DNA of 64,000 nucleotides from Eledone cirrhosa (lineage: Eukaryota), in the NCBI GenBank assembly GCA_964016885.1, contig OZ024742.1:59148001-59212000 (forward strand), given 5' to 3'. The notes beneath the pieces were generated by a model that was given only the letters and a program-made list of their open reading frames with translations, made no database searches and was not told the DNA's origin. Below are positions 1-13,125 of the stretch, one piece after another. Position 1 is the stretch's first letter. Each line of letters opens with the position of its first letter. A program made the translations under genes and the position numbers.

Positions 1-49
1 CAGCCTATTCCCTACTATATATATATATACATATATATATACGCACATG

Positions 50-86
<37 letters not shown>

Positions 87-163
87 GCACACATATACAT
101 GCATTATATATATATATATATATATAAACATGCAAAAATAAATATACATATACACACGCACAC

Positions 164-212
<49 letters not shown>

Positions 213-284
213 CACACACGCACACACACAAACACACACACATACACACACACACATACACACACATACACACACACACACACA

Positions 285-352
<68 letters not shown>

Positions 353-1729
353 TCCACACATATATACACATATATATTCATTAAACCTGCACCAGATATT
401 ACAATTATACATAGTACTACATTCCTCGAAGCTCTGCACAATGTAGTGTATCCTTTTCTTCACTTTAAATTCCACCACCATAACAATAATATTTAATATT
501 TCAAGGTTCATTTCATTTCACTTACGTAGACAATCCATAGCTTTTGAGAAACGCGTGAATGACAACCAATCTGACTTCAAAGTGACAACAACATTGAGGG
601 CGTGGATGGAACTCTGTAACTAACAGAATATTTAAGCTGTGTGGCAATCGCCCAGGAGTAAACATAAGCTTCTTTTAAACCGTAGCTCTAATGCCGTTTT
701 TATCCCGACTGTAGTTAATAGAAAAAACCTATTCTAGGCCAGCGGTTACCAATGTTGTTACTACCAAGGGCCCCGTTTTTATTGAAATACATTTTTGCCA
801 CAGATCGCGAAGCTTTGAAAGTGGTGTTTATTTATGAAGTTGATTTCATTAAGTTCCAACAACCTCGTTTTCTCAGTTTCGCGTCTCAATTGAAAAATAT
901 ATCTAACTAAATATTCAGTTAAGCAAATAGCAGTATTAAACACAAATCTTGCTTAATCTTTTCATTATAATATTTATGATGGAAGACACTACTTAAAATT
1001 ATAAATTAATTCATGGATAAATTTAAGGATAATAATGAATTTCAACATTATTAAGCTGCTGTTTGGAGCATATCAAAATTTTATTTCACAAAATCGTGAT
1101 GGAATGCTTAAATGTAAACACTAAAACAATTAGTTTTGTATCATAAAAGCAGGGCATGGTTTCAGGGATTTTGAAAACAAATAACTTAATGAGATGGCTG
1201 ATGCTGCTTTGTTGATACTAAGTTCAACAGCAAACAATTTTGAGCTTAGATCAGGTTCGAAGAAACATTAAAATATATTCGGCTATTCCAGTAGAATTGG
1301 AAACAATCATGAGTACGTAAACATTTTACACTGCAGCCTCTGGAAAGTTAAAACTTAGCTCACGATTCCCATTACTCACTCTGTGGATTTTCAAAGATTC
1401 TTCAATCACAGTCGATAGATTACCAGGAAACAGAATAAGGGGCAGATACTCGTCGAAGCCCAAGTTTAACCGCCACTTTTCTCTTTTGTCTGTGGCCTAT
1501 GTCACACAATTTTCAACAGACAAGTCAGCCTAGAAACTATAATGGCTTTTGCTGTAAGCAGTGACAACACTGTAAAATTGAAGCCGTTCAACACTTAGTA
1601 GTCCAGATAAAGGTCACAGTTCTTCAGAGGATAGTGGGTTGTCGAGGGGGATAGTGGGTTGTCCCCTATCATGGCACTTTCAACATTGCAAAATTCAAAA
1701 TAAAATATTAAATTCATGAGAAAGCAAAT

Positions 1730-1912
1730 AGTTGTTTCTACTTTTGGCACAAGGCCAGCAATTGTTCCAATGCATTACTGGTACTTTATTTTATCGACCC
1801 CGTAAGGATGAATGGCAAAGCTAACTCCGACGGGATTTGAACTCAGACCGTAAAGGGCCGTAACTCTATGCTGCAAAGCATGGCGTCCAACTCTCTACTG
1901 ATACTGCCAATT
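1730..1912 (-). mobile_element. tRNA-derived SINE (major family in window)
   Basis: Reverse complement has A-box TGGCAGTATCAG, B-box GAGTTCAAATCC and the CATCCTTACGGGGTCGATAAAATAAAGTACCAG core shared by >12 copies in the window. Confidence 0.85.
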
Positions 1913-2749
1913 CACCTACGCCAATATTAATAATAAGTATGGATGAGGTGTAAAATAGCAATCTAGGGCTAACAGATCTATTTGAACGTCGGATGAAATG
2001 CTTTATAATGGTTCAGCTCTTTGTATTCTGAGTTCAAATTCCGCACTGGAGTGGCCCATTGAACAATAGACAATCTAATATCCAGCTTAAAACCAACATC
2101 TGGCACTTGGGTGACTTAAACGGAATTCAATTTGACACGCATTTGGGCCAGGTCTTTGAGTTTACGAAACCTCCTCCCACTGGATCATGGAAATGGACAT
2201 GACCTATGCCTTTTCGTTACTGACTAAACTAAAACAAAGGTTCTTAAAATATCTGATATCGTAAGACATCTTTATAAACTCAAGTAACTTTAATACATAA
2301 TTAAATAAACAAACAGTTACTATGCCGAGTCATGAATAATTTTGTTTCGATTATTAGCACAAACCGATTGACCTTGCTTATATATTTTATATCATTTGGA
2401 AATAGCTGTACTAACCAATATCTCATTCCTCCGACAAATGTGTGACAATCAGCTTTGTGAAAATCAATCCAGCCCATACATAAAATAATTAGGAACCCTT
2501 TATTTAATCGCACCAATTTAACACTTATCCCTATCCTCTCTCCTTGCAACCTGATATAGTCCCTTAAGATCTGTAGTCATTTCAGAAAGAACTACACACA
2601 CAAATTACGATATAAATTATATTGTATAGCAAAGAAAGAAATCAAAACAAATTTCTTACAAGCAATTACTCAAACTGACGTTTATTTTTCCAATTTTTTG
2701 GGGGTTTTGATTTCTTCGTCCTTCGAGTATTTTTTTGAGGCATGGGTGA

Positions 2750-3570
2750 TTAATGTCAGGTATAGACACAAATTGTATCAAATTATGAGGTTAAGTATCC
2801 GACTTAATTTTTATTAATCGTGAGAAGTAATGACGTTAAAGAGACAAAGGCGTGCAGAGTAGAGTTGCATATATTCATGCTTATGTGTGGTTTGTGGTGA
2901 GCCCACTGGATGAGTCAGTTACTGTTAGGCAGCAGCATGTGAGGGTCTGTATTACTCGTTGCATTTTCTTTTCGTTGAGTTCTTGAATATCATCATAATT
3001 GGAGATGAGACATAGGTGCACAAAACAAACCCGGAAGCCCAAGCTCAGCCAACAGAGTGGAATTATCTAACGCCGCCAAAGCCCAACAAAAGCACGGCCG
3101 GTGCGGAGCAAAACCAAGGTGATGCTAACTATTTTCTTCAACTATCAAGGAGGTGTGCATCACAAATACACACCAGAATGACAAAGAGTCACAAAGAAGT
3201 ACTATTATAAAATGCTCTAACGTATTAGTGATGCAGTTCGTCACAAGGGACCGTCTGTGAGCCTTGCAAAGCTAGTATCTACATCATAACAACTCTCCCG
3301 CTCATTCAGCGCAGCTGATTCATGATTTCTTGACAAAGAAAGGCATTTTGTTCTTTCACCAGGCACCATACTCTCTAGCAATGGCACCTGCTGACTTCTT
3401 TGAGGTCTAGAGGACATCAGGCGAACTGCAACGGCGAAGTTGAAAGCCATTTGAGAAGAAACATTCAAGATGTACTTCGGACAGTGAAATTATCGCTGGG
3501 TTAAGTGTGTGGAGGTACAAAGGACCTACTTCAAAAAGGATTCGCAACTGAACCTCATCAAGTACATGAT
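2750..3570 (+). mobile_element. Degenerate mariner transposase remnant
   Basis: Translated fragments IIIGDET*VHKTNPEAQAQPTEW and HNNSPAHSA...APYSLAMAPADFF resemble mariner TGDETW, HDNAPAH and YSPDLAP motifs; boundaries approximate. Confidence 0.75.
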
Positions 3571-3589
3571 TTGATCAAGGATAAATTGC

Positions 3590-3870
3590 TTTTTGGGCCT
3601 TGACGATTTTGTTGCTTCCCCTGTGATGACTGGGCTTTGGTTTTTGGGTTGTACCGGCATACTCATGCCTAATCTCCAGACTTATGGAACTCAGGATCCT
3701 TGTGGGCAATAACGAGCTAAATGAAAAGGCCACGAGTAAGTAACACCGAATCTCACAATGAGGCTACTTGATAGCGACTGCCATTTCATGTTCGCTCGCC
3801 AAAACCACGCATTCACATGAATGTATGCGACTTCACCTTCACTCTGTATACATTTGTACACCTAACGTTA
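3590..3870 (-). mobile_element. Mariner remnant, opposite orientation
   Basis: Minus strand YNPKTKAQSSQGK resembles mariner YDPETKxQSSQW. Confidence 0.55.
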
Positions 3871-4009
3871 TAACATCGAATATACCTATATGCATACACA
3901 CATACATCCATGCATACATGCATACATACATACATACACACATACATACACACATACATACATACATACATACATACATACATACACACATACACACAGA
4001 CATACATAG

Positions 4010-4930
4010 AAAGGCTGCCTTCTTCTTGGGCTACTATCCTAAGGTTAAAGACAGAGAGGGAGGACTCTATTTTCACTGATAAAATAAAATATCACAGGGG
4101 TATATTTCAGGGGGACAGTCTCTTTGTGATATTATTCATCTTGTCATTAAACCCCCTGTCCTTTTTGCTCAAGAAATGTGAGGGATACATCATTTTGGCT
4201 CACAGGAGGACAGAAATACGAATCTAACCCATAATTTCTTTGTGGACGATCTGAAACTCTGTGCCAAGAACATGGATGGGATGAAGAAAAATCTTGACCT
4301 GGTCACAACGTTCTCAAAGGATATAGGAAAGGAGTTTGGCCAAGATAAATGCTCATACATGACTGTAAAGCGGGGAAAAACAACAACCCAATCTAGCAAC
4401 ATTGTCATCAATGGCCTAACTGTTTCATCGATATATGATGAGGACTGTTACAGATACCTGGGGATAGATGAGAACATGGTATTTGAAATAAGGAACGCGT
4501 AACCAGGGAATACTACACCCGATTAAGAAAGATTTGGTCATCGGAACTCTCTGCGCAAAACAAAACAAGTGGCTCACAATGTGTTTTTTGTTTCTGTCCT
4601 AACACCAACGTTTGGAATACTCAATTGGACGATAGACGAAATCCGAGCAGTTGATGTTGCAATTCGAAAAACACTAAACAACACCGGAAACTTCCACATC
4701 AACAGTGACATAGACAGCCTTTACTTGAAACGTAAGCAAGGAGGCAAAAGCCTAACATCAGTCCAGACAGCATTTGAATGTCGCATCATATCTCTCCGAC
4801 AACATCTACGAACCTCGAAGCGTAGTAGCCCGTCTCTCGTGCAAGTCTATCTGCATGAAACAGATAATATCATGAGAGTTGGGAAGGAACTCCTCGAGAC
4901 ATATTCCCTGTGTGATAATCAAAAACTCAC
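4010..4930 (+). mobile_element. Non-LTR retrotransposon RT fragment (R4/Dong-like), frameshifted
   Basis: GIFQGDSL...LNPLSFLL, FVDDLKL, YRYLG and LYLKRKQGG motifs across ORFs 3910-4227, 4242-4502, 4569-5024; preceded by (CATA)n. Confidence 0.8.
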
Positions 4931-4936
4931 AATAGC

Positions 4937-4978
4937 ACCACTGAAGATGTTGCAGATGTGCAACGAAAGAACTTTGAT
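4937..4978 (+). ncRNA. Type I hammerhead motif, slightly decayed
   Basis: ca CTGAAGA t gttgca gatg tgcaac GAAA gaac TT tg; perfect 6-bp helix II, weak helix I. Confidence 0.55.
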
Positions 4979-5266
4979 AGACTATATATATGTGTTTGTG
5001 TCTATATTGTGTCAGTATTTTTGACCGTTGGTCAGTCAATGGCAACATTGAGGGCCGAATAAATTAAATTAACCGATATAAAAGACACAGAAGCGAAAAG
5101 CGAAAACCAACCAGACAGTGAGTGTGTTCTGTTATTAATTCTGGCAATATTACACAAATATGACCCTCACCAAGTATAACAATATTTGTTTCGACATACG
5201 ATTTCATATAAAAAACCTCGCAAAACTAATTCATCGCAGTTATATATATATATATATATATATATA

Positions 5267-5465
5267 TAGGAAAAGAATCATGACTCCGACGACTGAGCTC
5301 CGGCCGTTTCGACAGCTAGATCTAAACTAAAGTTGGTATTTGTCGAAACGGCCGGAGCTCAGACGTCGGGGTCTTGACTCTTTTCCTATTACCCACTCTA
5401 CTACCCAAAGTATTGACTACTCTGATACGTTATGGTCGACCTGGTTCCTTACCGCATTTCCTTCG

Positions 5466-5469
<4 letters not shown>
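5267..5469 (+). mobile_element. Family A (TA)n-inserted fold-back fragment with hammerhead 3' half
   Basis: GAAAC-ggccggagctcagac-GTC ggggtc with inverted partner 5267-5315; homologous to 8441, 15220, 25008, 46875, 47870 and 54393 inserts. Confidence 0.7.
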
Positions 5470-5551
<82 letters not shown>

Positions 5552-5563
5552 CGAAGGAAATGC

Positions 5564-5616
<53 letters not shown>

Positions 5617-5621
<5 letters not shown>

Positions 5622-6242
5622 CCTCCGCTATGTCGCGGTTCACTTTTCGCGGTCCTGCTACATCACCGAATTTTCTTTGGAACGTATCTAATTCCCTCTC
5701 GAGGTAATCCTTGCTACATCGTGGATTTTTCGTTAGAACATATCTATTTTCTTATCGCAGTACGTATGTCTGAATAAGAAAATTTTAAAATTTAAACTTA
5801 TTAAATAAGTTTCGATGTGATTGAAGTGTATAGCGTAAGGAAGGGGAATTTTGAAAATAATTTTAAAATTATAAAAAGTATGTTTTTGTTTTACATTCCA
5901 TTACTGTTTTACTGACTGTATTTTTCTCTCTCTAACCTACTACAAACACTTCATCGATTGACGGGAGATATCCAGTGTATCACCATGGCTGGTAATGGCC
6001 GTCATTGGTAACTAGTGATACGATCGTCGGTAGTAGTTTCTATACGGACGTTACCGGCTGATTTTGGAGTTTAAATACAAAAGTGTGTTTTAATGAGTTT
6101 ATATGTATTTAAAGCGTGTAGGAGAGGTATTTAAGGCTTAAACTATGAAAACAACGGTTGATTTTATGGTCTCTCTGTATCACGGATTTTCATTTATCGC
6201 GGTTGGTTCTGGAACGTACCGCCCGCGATAAACGGGGATTAC

Positions 6243-6243
<1 letters not shown>
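5617..6243. mobile_element. Tigger/pogo-like MITE, copy 1
   Basis: Imperfect TIRs caatcctccgctatgtcgcgg / ccgcgataaacggggattac in TA context; no ORF. Confidence 0.7.
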
Positions 6244-6310
<67 letters not shown>

Positions 6311-6314
<4 letters not shown>

Positions 6315-6930
6315 CCCCCGCTATATCGCGGTTCACTTTTCGCGGTCCTGCTACATCACCGAATTTTCTTTGGAACGTATCTAATTACCTCTCGAGGTAA
6401 TCCTTGCTACATCGTGGATTTTTCGTTAGAACATATCTATTTTCTTATCGCGGTACGTATGTCTGAATAAGAAAATTTTAAAATTTAAACTTATTAAATA
6501 AGTTTCGATGTGATTGAAGTGTATAGCGTAAGGAAGGGGAATTTTGAAAATAATTTTAAAATTATAAAAAGTGTTTTTGTTTTACATTCCATTACTGTTT
6601 TACTGACTGTATTTTTCTCTCTCTCACCTACTACAAACACTTCATCGATTGACGGGAGATATCCAGTGTATCACCATGGCTGGTAATGGCCGTCATTGGT
6701 AACTAGTGATACGATCGTCGGTAGTAGTTTCTATACGGACGTTACCGGCTGATTTTGGAGTTTAAATACAAAAGTGTGTTTTAATGAGTTTATATGTATT
6801 TAAAGCGTGTAGGAGAGGTATTTAAGGCTTAAACTATGAAAACAACGGTTGCTTTTATGGTCTCTCTGTATCACGGATTTTCATTTATAGCGGTTGGTTC
6901 TGGAACGTATCCCCCGCGATAAACGGGGAT

Positions 6931-6934
<4 letters not shown>
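6311..6934. mobile_element. Tigger/pogo-like MITE, copy 2 (tandem near-identical copy)
   Basis: Near-identical to 5617-6243, separated by a (TA)n tract. Confidence 0.7.
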
Positions 6935-7002
<68 letters not shown>

Positions 7003-7108
7003 ATAATAATAAAATTTAAGACTAAAATCCAAAGAGGGCTCGATAAGGAAAATATATATCAAATATATAAGAACCGTAGAGCAAATATTTATTAAAATAA
7101 CAGATTAA

Positions 7109-7159
7109 AGTTTAAGCAAAGAATCGCTGCTTTCACCCTTAACGGGATCTTCTGAAACT
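7109..7159 (-). ncRNA. Type I hammerhead, U4A core (family B)
   Basis: agttt CAGAAGA t ccc gttaa ggg t GAAA gca gcgattctt tgc TT aaact. Confidence 0.7.
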
Positions 7160-8087
7160 AACAAAGTCAATCTGTAAACGGAGAACTGGATATTTCAAAA
7201 AACGTTGCAACCGGAGAAAGACAGGAAGACGATACTTTGGTTCGTGGAAACGTTCGCTGGCAAAGAACGGGAAAAAACGAATATAATACGTCATTAATAG
7301 GAGCGGTGAAAAACAATTACGCGCAAAGACAGAACCACGTTTATGGTATAAAAGAGGTCGTAGACTAATGTTCTCTTAGGTTGTGCATAGAGACGTTCTC
7401 TGGCAATGAACGAAAAAACGAAGATAATAAGTCATATGTGGAGCGTGGAGAACAATAACACGCAAAGACAAAACCACGTAAATGGTATAGCAGAAGTTGT
7501 AGACTAAAATTCTAACTAGGAGACCAAATAAATCTCCGCTACAGAGTTAAGAACAAAGTAAATAAATACAATACAGAAGTAATAGAAACAAATAAATACA
7601 TACACGCAAACCGATACGTACATACACAAGCATACGCAAAACCATACCATAGGTATACAAAACCACGCACATATAAATATGTGTGTGTGTATGCTTGTGT
7701 ACAAATAAATAAATAATTATATAAACGTATATAAGTAAATAAATACGTATATAACAAGCGCACACACATACATACAAATAAATACACGAAAGTTCGGAGA
7801 CGTAAGTCAACTAAAACAAGAAGTACACATATACACACACCCACCATACGTACGAACCTGTATACTCCCGCAGACGCAAAACTCCGGTATACACATAGCC
7901 AAACCCTAAATACCAGAATATGTAAAAATTATACGTAATAACAGTCAAATATACGTACGAGAAGGTATACATACCTTCACAAAACATACGGGTAATATAT
8001 ACTTACCTATGCAAATGAGTAAAGGAATAAACAAAACATATTCTTAGCTCCCACATCAAGACGTAAAATATCCACGTATAGATCGTG

Positions 8088-8384
8088 CTATCCGTTAGGG
8101 TATAACGTGGGGCTGTAATACAGGAAAGTTTTGTGCAATTTATGTTTACAAGCCGAAATTGCCTCAGATTTTTTGTTTAAGATGTGGTCTGTGGCGTAGA
8201 GTATTTCCAGGGCCTCAGCGGCGCAGAGGTCACATGGTCTTTTATTTCCGTTATACGATCTAGCCCTAGCTAGGATCTCCCAGTGTAACTTATATTGGAT
8301 GTGGTTGTCTTTTAGACTCCAGATATAAGCTGAAAGTGACGTCATATTCCTTCTTAAAGGGTAACGAAAAGAATGGGTATGCAT
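8088..8384 (-). pseudogene. C-terminal half of PLE GIY-YIG endonuclease
   Basis: TSLSAYIWSLK...LHWEIL...SY...CDLCAAE...LNKKSE...CKH aligns by eye with the C-terminus of ORF 26676-27971. Confidence 0.85.
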
Positions 8385-8440
8385 TCTTTGCTTAAACTTT
8401 AATCTGTTATTTTAATAAATATATATATATATATATATAT

Positions 8441-8590
8441 ACTAAATGTGGTAAGGAACCAGGTGGACCATAACGCACCAAAGTACTCAATACTTAGGGT
8501 AGTAGAGTGGGTAATAGGAACGAGTAGGACCCCGACGGCTGAGCTCAAGCCGTTTCGATGGCTAATTCTGGACTCAGTCCAGAATTAGCC

Positions 8591-8594
<4 letters not shown>
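8441..8594 (-). mobile_element. Family A fold-back insert
   Basis: Reverse complement of the family A 3' end; terminal hairpin gctaattctggac-tca-gtccagaattagc; flanked by (TA)n. Confidence 0.7.
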
Positions 8595-8644
<50 letters not shown>

Positions 8645-9463
8645 TATATATGTATGCATATATGTATGTTAGAAATAATAGTTAGAAGGCATTTTTCTTG
8701 TGGTGGAGAATAGAAACTTTTTGTCAATTAAATAAGATATTATAATGGAAGGGTCCAGTGGGATTTTAGATTAGTTGAAGAAATGAAATAATAAATTTGA
8801 TCGGAACTGTGTTGCTTTATGTAACCAATAGCAGCAGTATTTTCACATTTATAGCAGAGTACGAGTGATTTTTTTTATATTCCTGTCATACATTTTTTTT
8901 TATAAAACAATAACAGACTGCATACCAAACAAAGACATACACGTGAGATGTGTGTGTGTATATGTGTGTGTATGTGTGTCTGTGTATGCGTGTTTTCTCG
9001 CGTGTGTGTGTGCATGCGTGTGCATATGTGTGCGAATGTGAGTGTGTGTAACCTGTTTTAGTGGATTCGGGTTATTTGACTCATGCCACGGTGGAATAGC
9101 TCCATAATGTGTTTGGGTCATAGCTCATGCTATTTGGTGAAATATTTTCATGCATCTAGTTTTGTCTGTACCTGATAGTGCGATCAACCCATCATCCTAT
9201 CTGTCTATCTCTTAGATATAAGAAAGTAAAATGTTAAAACTACAGATACGTCGTCCCAAAACACTGTTCACCCAGAACATTGATAGAATCTCAAACAACT
9301 TAGTGAACACAATGAAAAGAAAAGCGCAGATATAAGTAATACACATAGAAAATAATAGTTGGATATGCATGTATGCACACACACAAACACAAACACACAC
9401 ATACACACACATATATCTACAGATAGATAGATATATAGATATATACACATATTTATACACACA

Positions 9464-9496
<33 letters not shown>

Positions 9497-9498
<2 letters not shown>

Positions 9499-9565
9499 AG
9501 AGTCGATCGACTTTCGTCAAATTGGATCGAGGGAACAATGTTTCCATTGGTCTTTCAAATTGCTA
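9497..9565 (-). mobile_element. Family E (TA)n insert with hammerhead 3' half
   Basis: Minus strand GAAA gtcgatcgac TC; homologue at 40565-40640 on +. Confidence 0.5.
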
Positions 9566-9611
9566 TATATATATAGATATATACATATATATATATATAT
9601 ATATACACACG

Positions 9612-9696
<85 letters not shown>

Positions 9697-9769
9697 GTAT
9701 ATATATATATTTACATATATACACACATATGTATATATATATATATATATATATGTATATGGAATTGGT

Positions 9770-10095
9770 AACAAATTTATTATAGAAGTAAGAAAGAATG
9801 CCAAGGAAAAATAGGACAACCATATGTCAAAATGAAAGATCACAAAACGCCCAATTGTAGATTAATCATCCCAGGAGAAGGCGAATTAAACGTAACGATC
9901 CAAACAATCTTAAAAGATTCAAAGAGCAAAATTTAACAAGCGATAATATTAATATAATGGTACAACAGTACATCCATCATCGACTGGTTCAACAACTCAT
10001 AAAATAACACGTTGTACAAAATCGCACAATTCAACATTCTAAGATTCTACGCACAATTAAAAAATCTCCTAATAAAGCACTGAACCTTTGAAATA
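9770..10095 (+). pseudogene. Degenerate PLE reverse transcriptase fragment
   Basis: KDHK..CRLIIP..GEL and W.NSTSIIDWF...QFNI..FY...LLIKAL match segments of the 28018-29139 RT; several stops. Confidence 0.65.
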
Positions 10096-10685
10096 ATGTT
10101 TTTACCATCAATAAGTAAAATATTGTACTTGGGAAAAATGTCTTTTGTTCAAGATCAACGCAGTCTGTTTAAATAAAGTAACTAAGAGCTTTTCGACATA
10201 AGCATGGTTGCTACAATGAAACAGAGACACGTGAACGTCGGAGCATTCGATATATATTCTGCGATTCTGCGATTTGATTTCAAATCCTGCTGAGGTCCAC
10301 ATTGCCAATAGTCGGATAAGCAAAATATTGTACTTGGAAAAAATGTATTTTGTTCAAAATCAATGCATTCTGTTAAAGAAAGTAACCAGCAGCTTTTGCT
10401 ACAACGACACAGAGACACGTGAACGTCGGAGCACACGATATTTATTCCTTGATTCTGCGATCAAGTTCAAATCCTGCCATGGTCCACATTGCCTTTCCTC
10501 CTTTCGGAAGGGACATTTTGATATTCTGCTGAATCAAGGGAGTGAGGGTTGAGAGAGTGTCAGTGTCTGTAAGAAAATACATGGATACCTAAAACCCTTA
10601 GTGAAATCATTGTATATATTATCAAGGCATTTACAATTGCGAGTGAAGGCTGTATTCCCCCCACTCCCTCATCCCGCATATGTAC

Positions 10686-10729
<44 letters not shown>

Positions 10730-10731
<2 letters not shown>

Positions 10732-11743
10732 AAGGTATATATTGAGTTAGGAACTCAAAATAGTCTCTTATATATATCCGATAACGAACTTTCATATGCA
10801 TTTTACTTGGACAGAATTGACCAGCACTTTAACCACTTACACTCTCATTTCCATACAGTTTATCTTCCTTGTGTATTTTTTGTTATATTTTCTCATATGT
10901 TATCTCATACATGTCTCCTCTCTCATTTTGCATATATGTATGTTCTTTTTGTTTTGATTCATGTGATAGAAGAAGATATTAACTAATTATTTGCCTAATT
11001 ACTACGTTTCATACTGTAATTCACCCTCCGTTTTACAGTGCGGTGCTGTCGTTCAATGTGTGGATAAATATATCTATAATATTGATCCCTCTTTCAAAAC
11101 TTCCTACTATAATTTAAACATCTCCCTAGAATTAGCTATTATATATATATATTTTTATTTATTTTTTTATTTACTTCAATCGAGATTTTAACTTGAACAT
11201 TTTTTTTAATTTCTAATTTTCAATCATAATATCCACTGTGAAACCGTAACACCTAGAATTAAGCTAGATTCTCTTAGCGGTTGATGGCAAATTCTATTGT
11301 CCAAGCGGAATGTAGTGGGAGTCGAAAGGCCCATTGAGAGTCATACTCTGTCACTACCACTGGGTTTCGGTCAACCGCAACTACCAGGACAGCTAGCAGC
11401 AAACTATAGCTGTCTCATATTACAGACCTGGATGGGGATAAATTTCGTATAGATTGGGGTAGTGGATGGTCAACTTCCTCCGCACTTGCGCCTGCGCAAA
11501 CCAGTGGGGGTGAATTGGGACTCACAAGGAACGGACGAAAAACTCAAGAACACCTGTTTTGTCCGTTCCATTGTCGATTCAATTTCGATTACCTCGGGAA
11601 CATAATCTGATTATGTAAGAAGCTGTCTGATGATGTCACGGCACTGGGTACACCGAAGAGTGTCGCCACTGTCATCATTGAAATATGTATCACAGCATTA
11701 TCATTAAAGGACTTTAACATCTGAAACTACTTTGGATTTTTTT

Positions 11744-11748
<5 letters not shown>
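10730..11748 (+). mobile_element. Non-coding (TA)n insert ending shortly after a hammerhead (probable PLE 3' end)
   Basis: Bounded by (TA)n on both sides; hammerhead ~50 nt before the 3' junction. Confidence 0.55.
11622..11696 (+). ncRNA. Type I hammerhead, canonical core
   Basis: gctgt CTGATGA [~46-nt helix II domain] GAAA tatgta TC acagc; 5-bp helix I. Confidence 0.8.
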
Positions 11749-11782
<34 letters not shown>

Positions 11783-11958
11783 ATAATAACAATATTTATA
11801 CTTATATATGTTTAATATACAATTATAAATATGTAGGGTAGTACTAAGTACTAGCCGGTTTCCGGTATGACAAATGGCTCAATGCAAATTATCAAGTGTA
11901 TTACAGAGCCGAGATACAAAGTGTTAAAACAATTAAATCTTAGTTTATTACATTTATT

Positions 11959-12005
11959 TGCTGACAATTGTTTCTTCCAGAGGGATGTCTGGAATTATCG
12001 GAGCA
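11959..12005 (-). ncRNA. Type I hammerhead, U4C core with G8A (probably inactive)
   Basis: tgct CCGATAA ttccaga catccc tctggaa GAAA caattg TC agca; paralog at 14324 keeps G8. Confidence 0.7.
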
Positions 12006-12103
12006 TAGGGAATGTCTAAACAGGTGATTAAAATCCTAGTCTTCAGAACATTCAGGTAGATACAGAAGTGTTGTTAGTGTCCTAAACATCATATAATTAT
12101 AGA

Positions 12104-12144
<41 letters not shown>

Positions 12145-12310
12145 CATATACCTTCTGCTATTTCAAGAGTTAACCTAATATATTCCTTCTATACACTGTG
12201 CCGATTGTGTTATTATTTCTGTTTACCTTTCACACACACACACACACACACAGACACACGCGCGCGCGCGCGTGAGCTCCTGACTCTTTTCCTATATATA
12301 TATATTTATA

Positions 12311-12790
12311 TCTAAACTATAATAAAGTAAGAAGCGCGGGACTGTGTACGGTTTATAATTGTTTATCGCCTTAGTAAAATAAGTTGGATTACTTTGAATA
12401 AATAATGGATAAATATTACATAATTTTCTACTAAATTTCGTGGCTGTTCATTAAATATATTTTATTATTTATTTAAAGATTCACTTCTTTCAAATTTTCA
12501 AATGTCAACACTTCCGGTGGCGATCGCTTAAATAAACATATTAATTTTCTGTCACTAATTTTCTCCTAATGCAGTTTATATATAATATCGTCTTTTTTTA
12601 ATGTATAATGGATTACGTTACTGATTACATAAGACAGTGTAACACAGTCTTCGTTCAATTTCTGTGTATATTGTCAATTACGATTTTATTTGATGTATCA
12701 TATCTACATGTATATATAATTGTGTATAATATCAATATACACACTACACATGCTAGCAGAAAACCACCCTAAGGGTGGTTTTTCTGCTAG
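12311..12790 (+). mobile_element. Candidate non-autonomous Helitron
   Basis: Starts A|TC (tctaaactataataaag), ends with hairpin accaccc-taa-gggtggt and CTAG|T; no TSD. Confidence 0.5.
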
Positions 12791-12857
12791 TATATATAAT
12801 TATTGAATAAAATGACAGGAGGCAGGAAAGTTGAGATTCCTTTCAAGTATTTATTTC

Positions 12858-12914
12858 TGCTGACACTTTATATATTTCAATGGCCAGTAGAATTCCAGTA
12901 GCATCATCAGTTGC
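12858..12914 (-). ncRNA. Decayed hammerhead motif
   Basis: CTGATGA...GAAA tat ataaa gtg TC agc; helix I poorly paired. Confidence 0.4.
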
Positions 12915-13084
12915 ATTGCATAACAATCATAAAAAATTCATGCTAACACAAACTATGCACACGTAGACAAAAAATAAAAAAAATAAAATTGGAGATACTT
13001 CATTCAGAGGCAGCCTACGTCCGTTCGTTTAGACTGACCGTTTATATATGTTTATATGTAAGCATATGTATATGCATATGTATG

Positions 13085-13125
<41 letters not shown>

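Larger units (their letters stand above)
6999..8422 (-). mobile_element. 5'-truncated Penelope-like element (family B) with short inverted arm
   Basis: GIY-YIG C-terminus at 8088-8384, long 3' UTR, hammerhead at 7109-7159; 8383-8422 is the reverse complement of 7085-7124; both ends in (TA)n. Confidence 0.85.
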
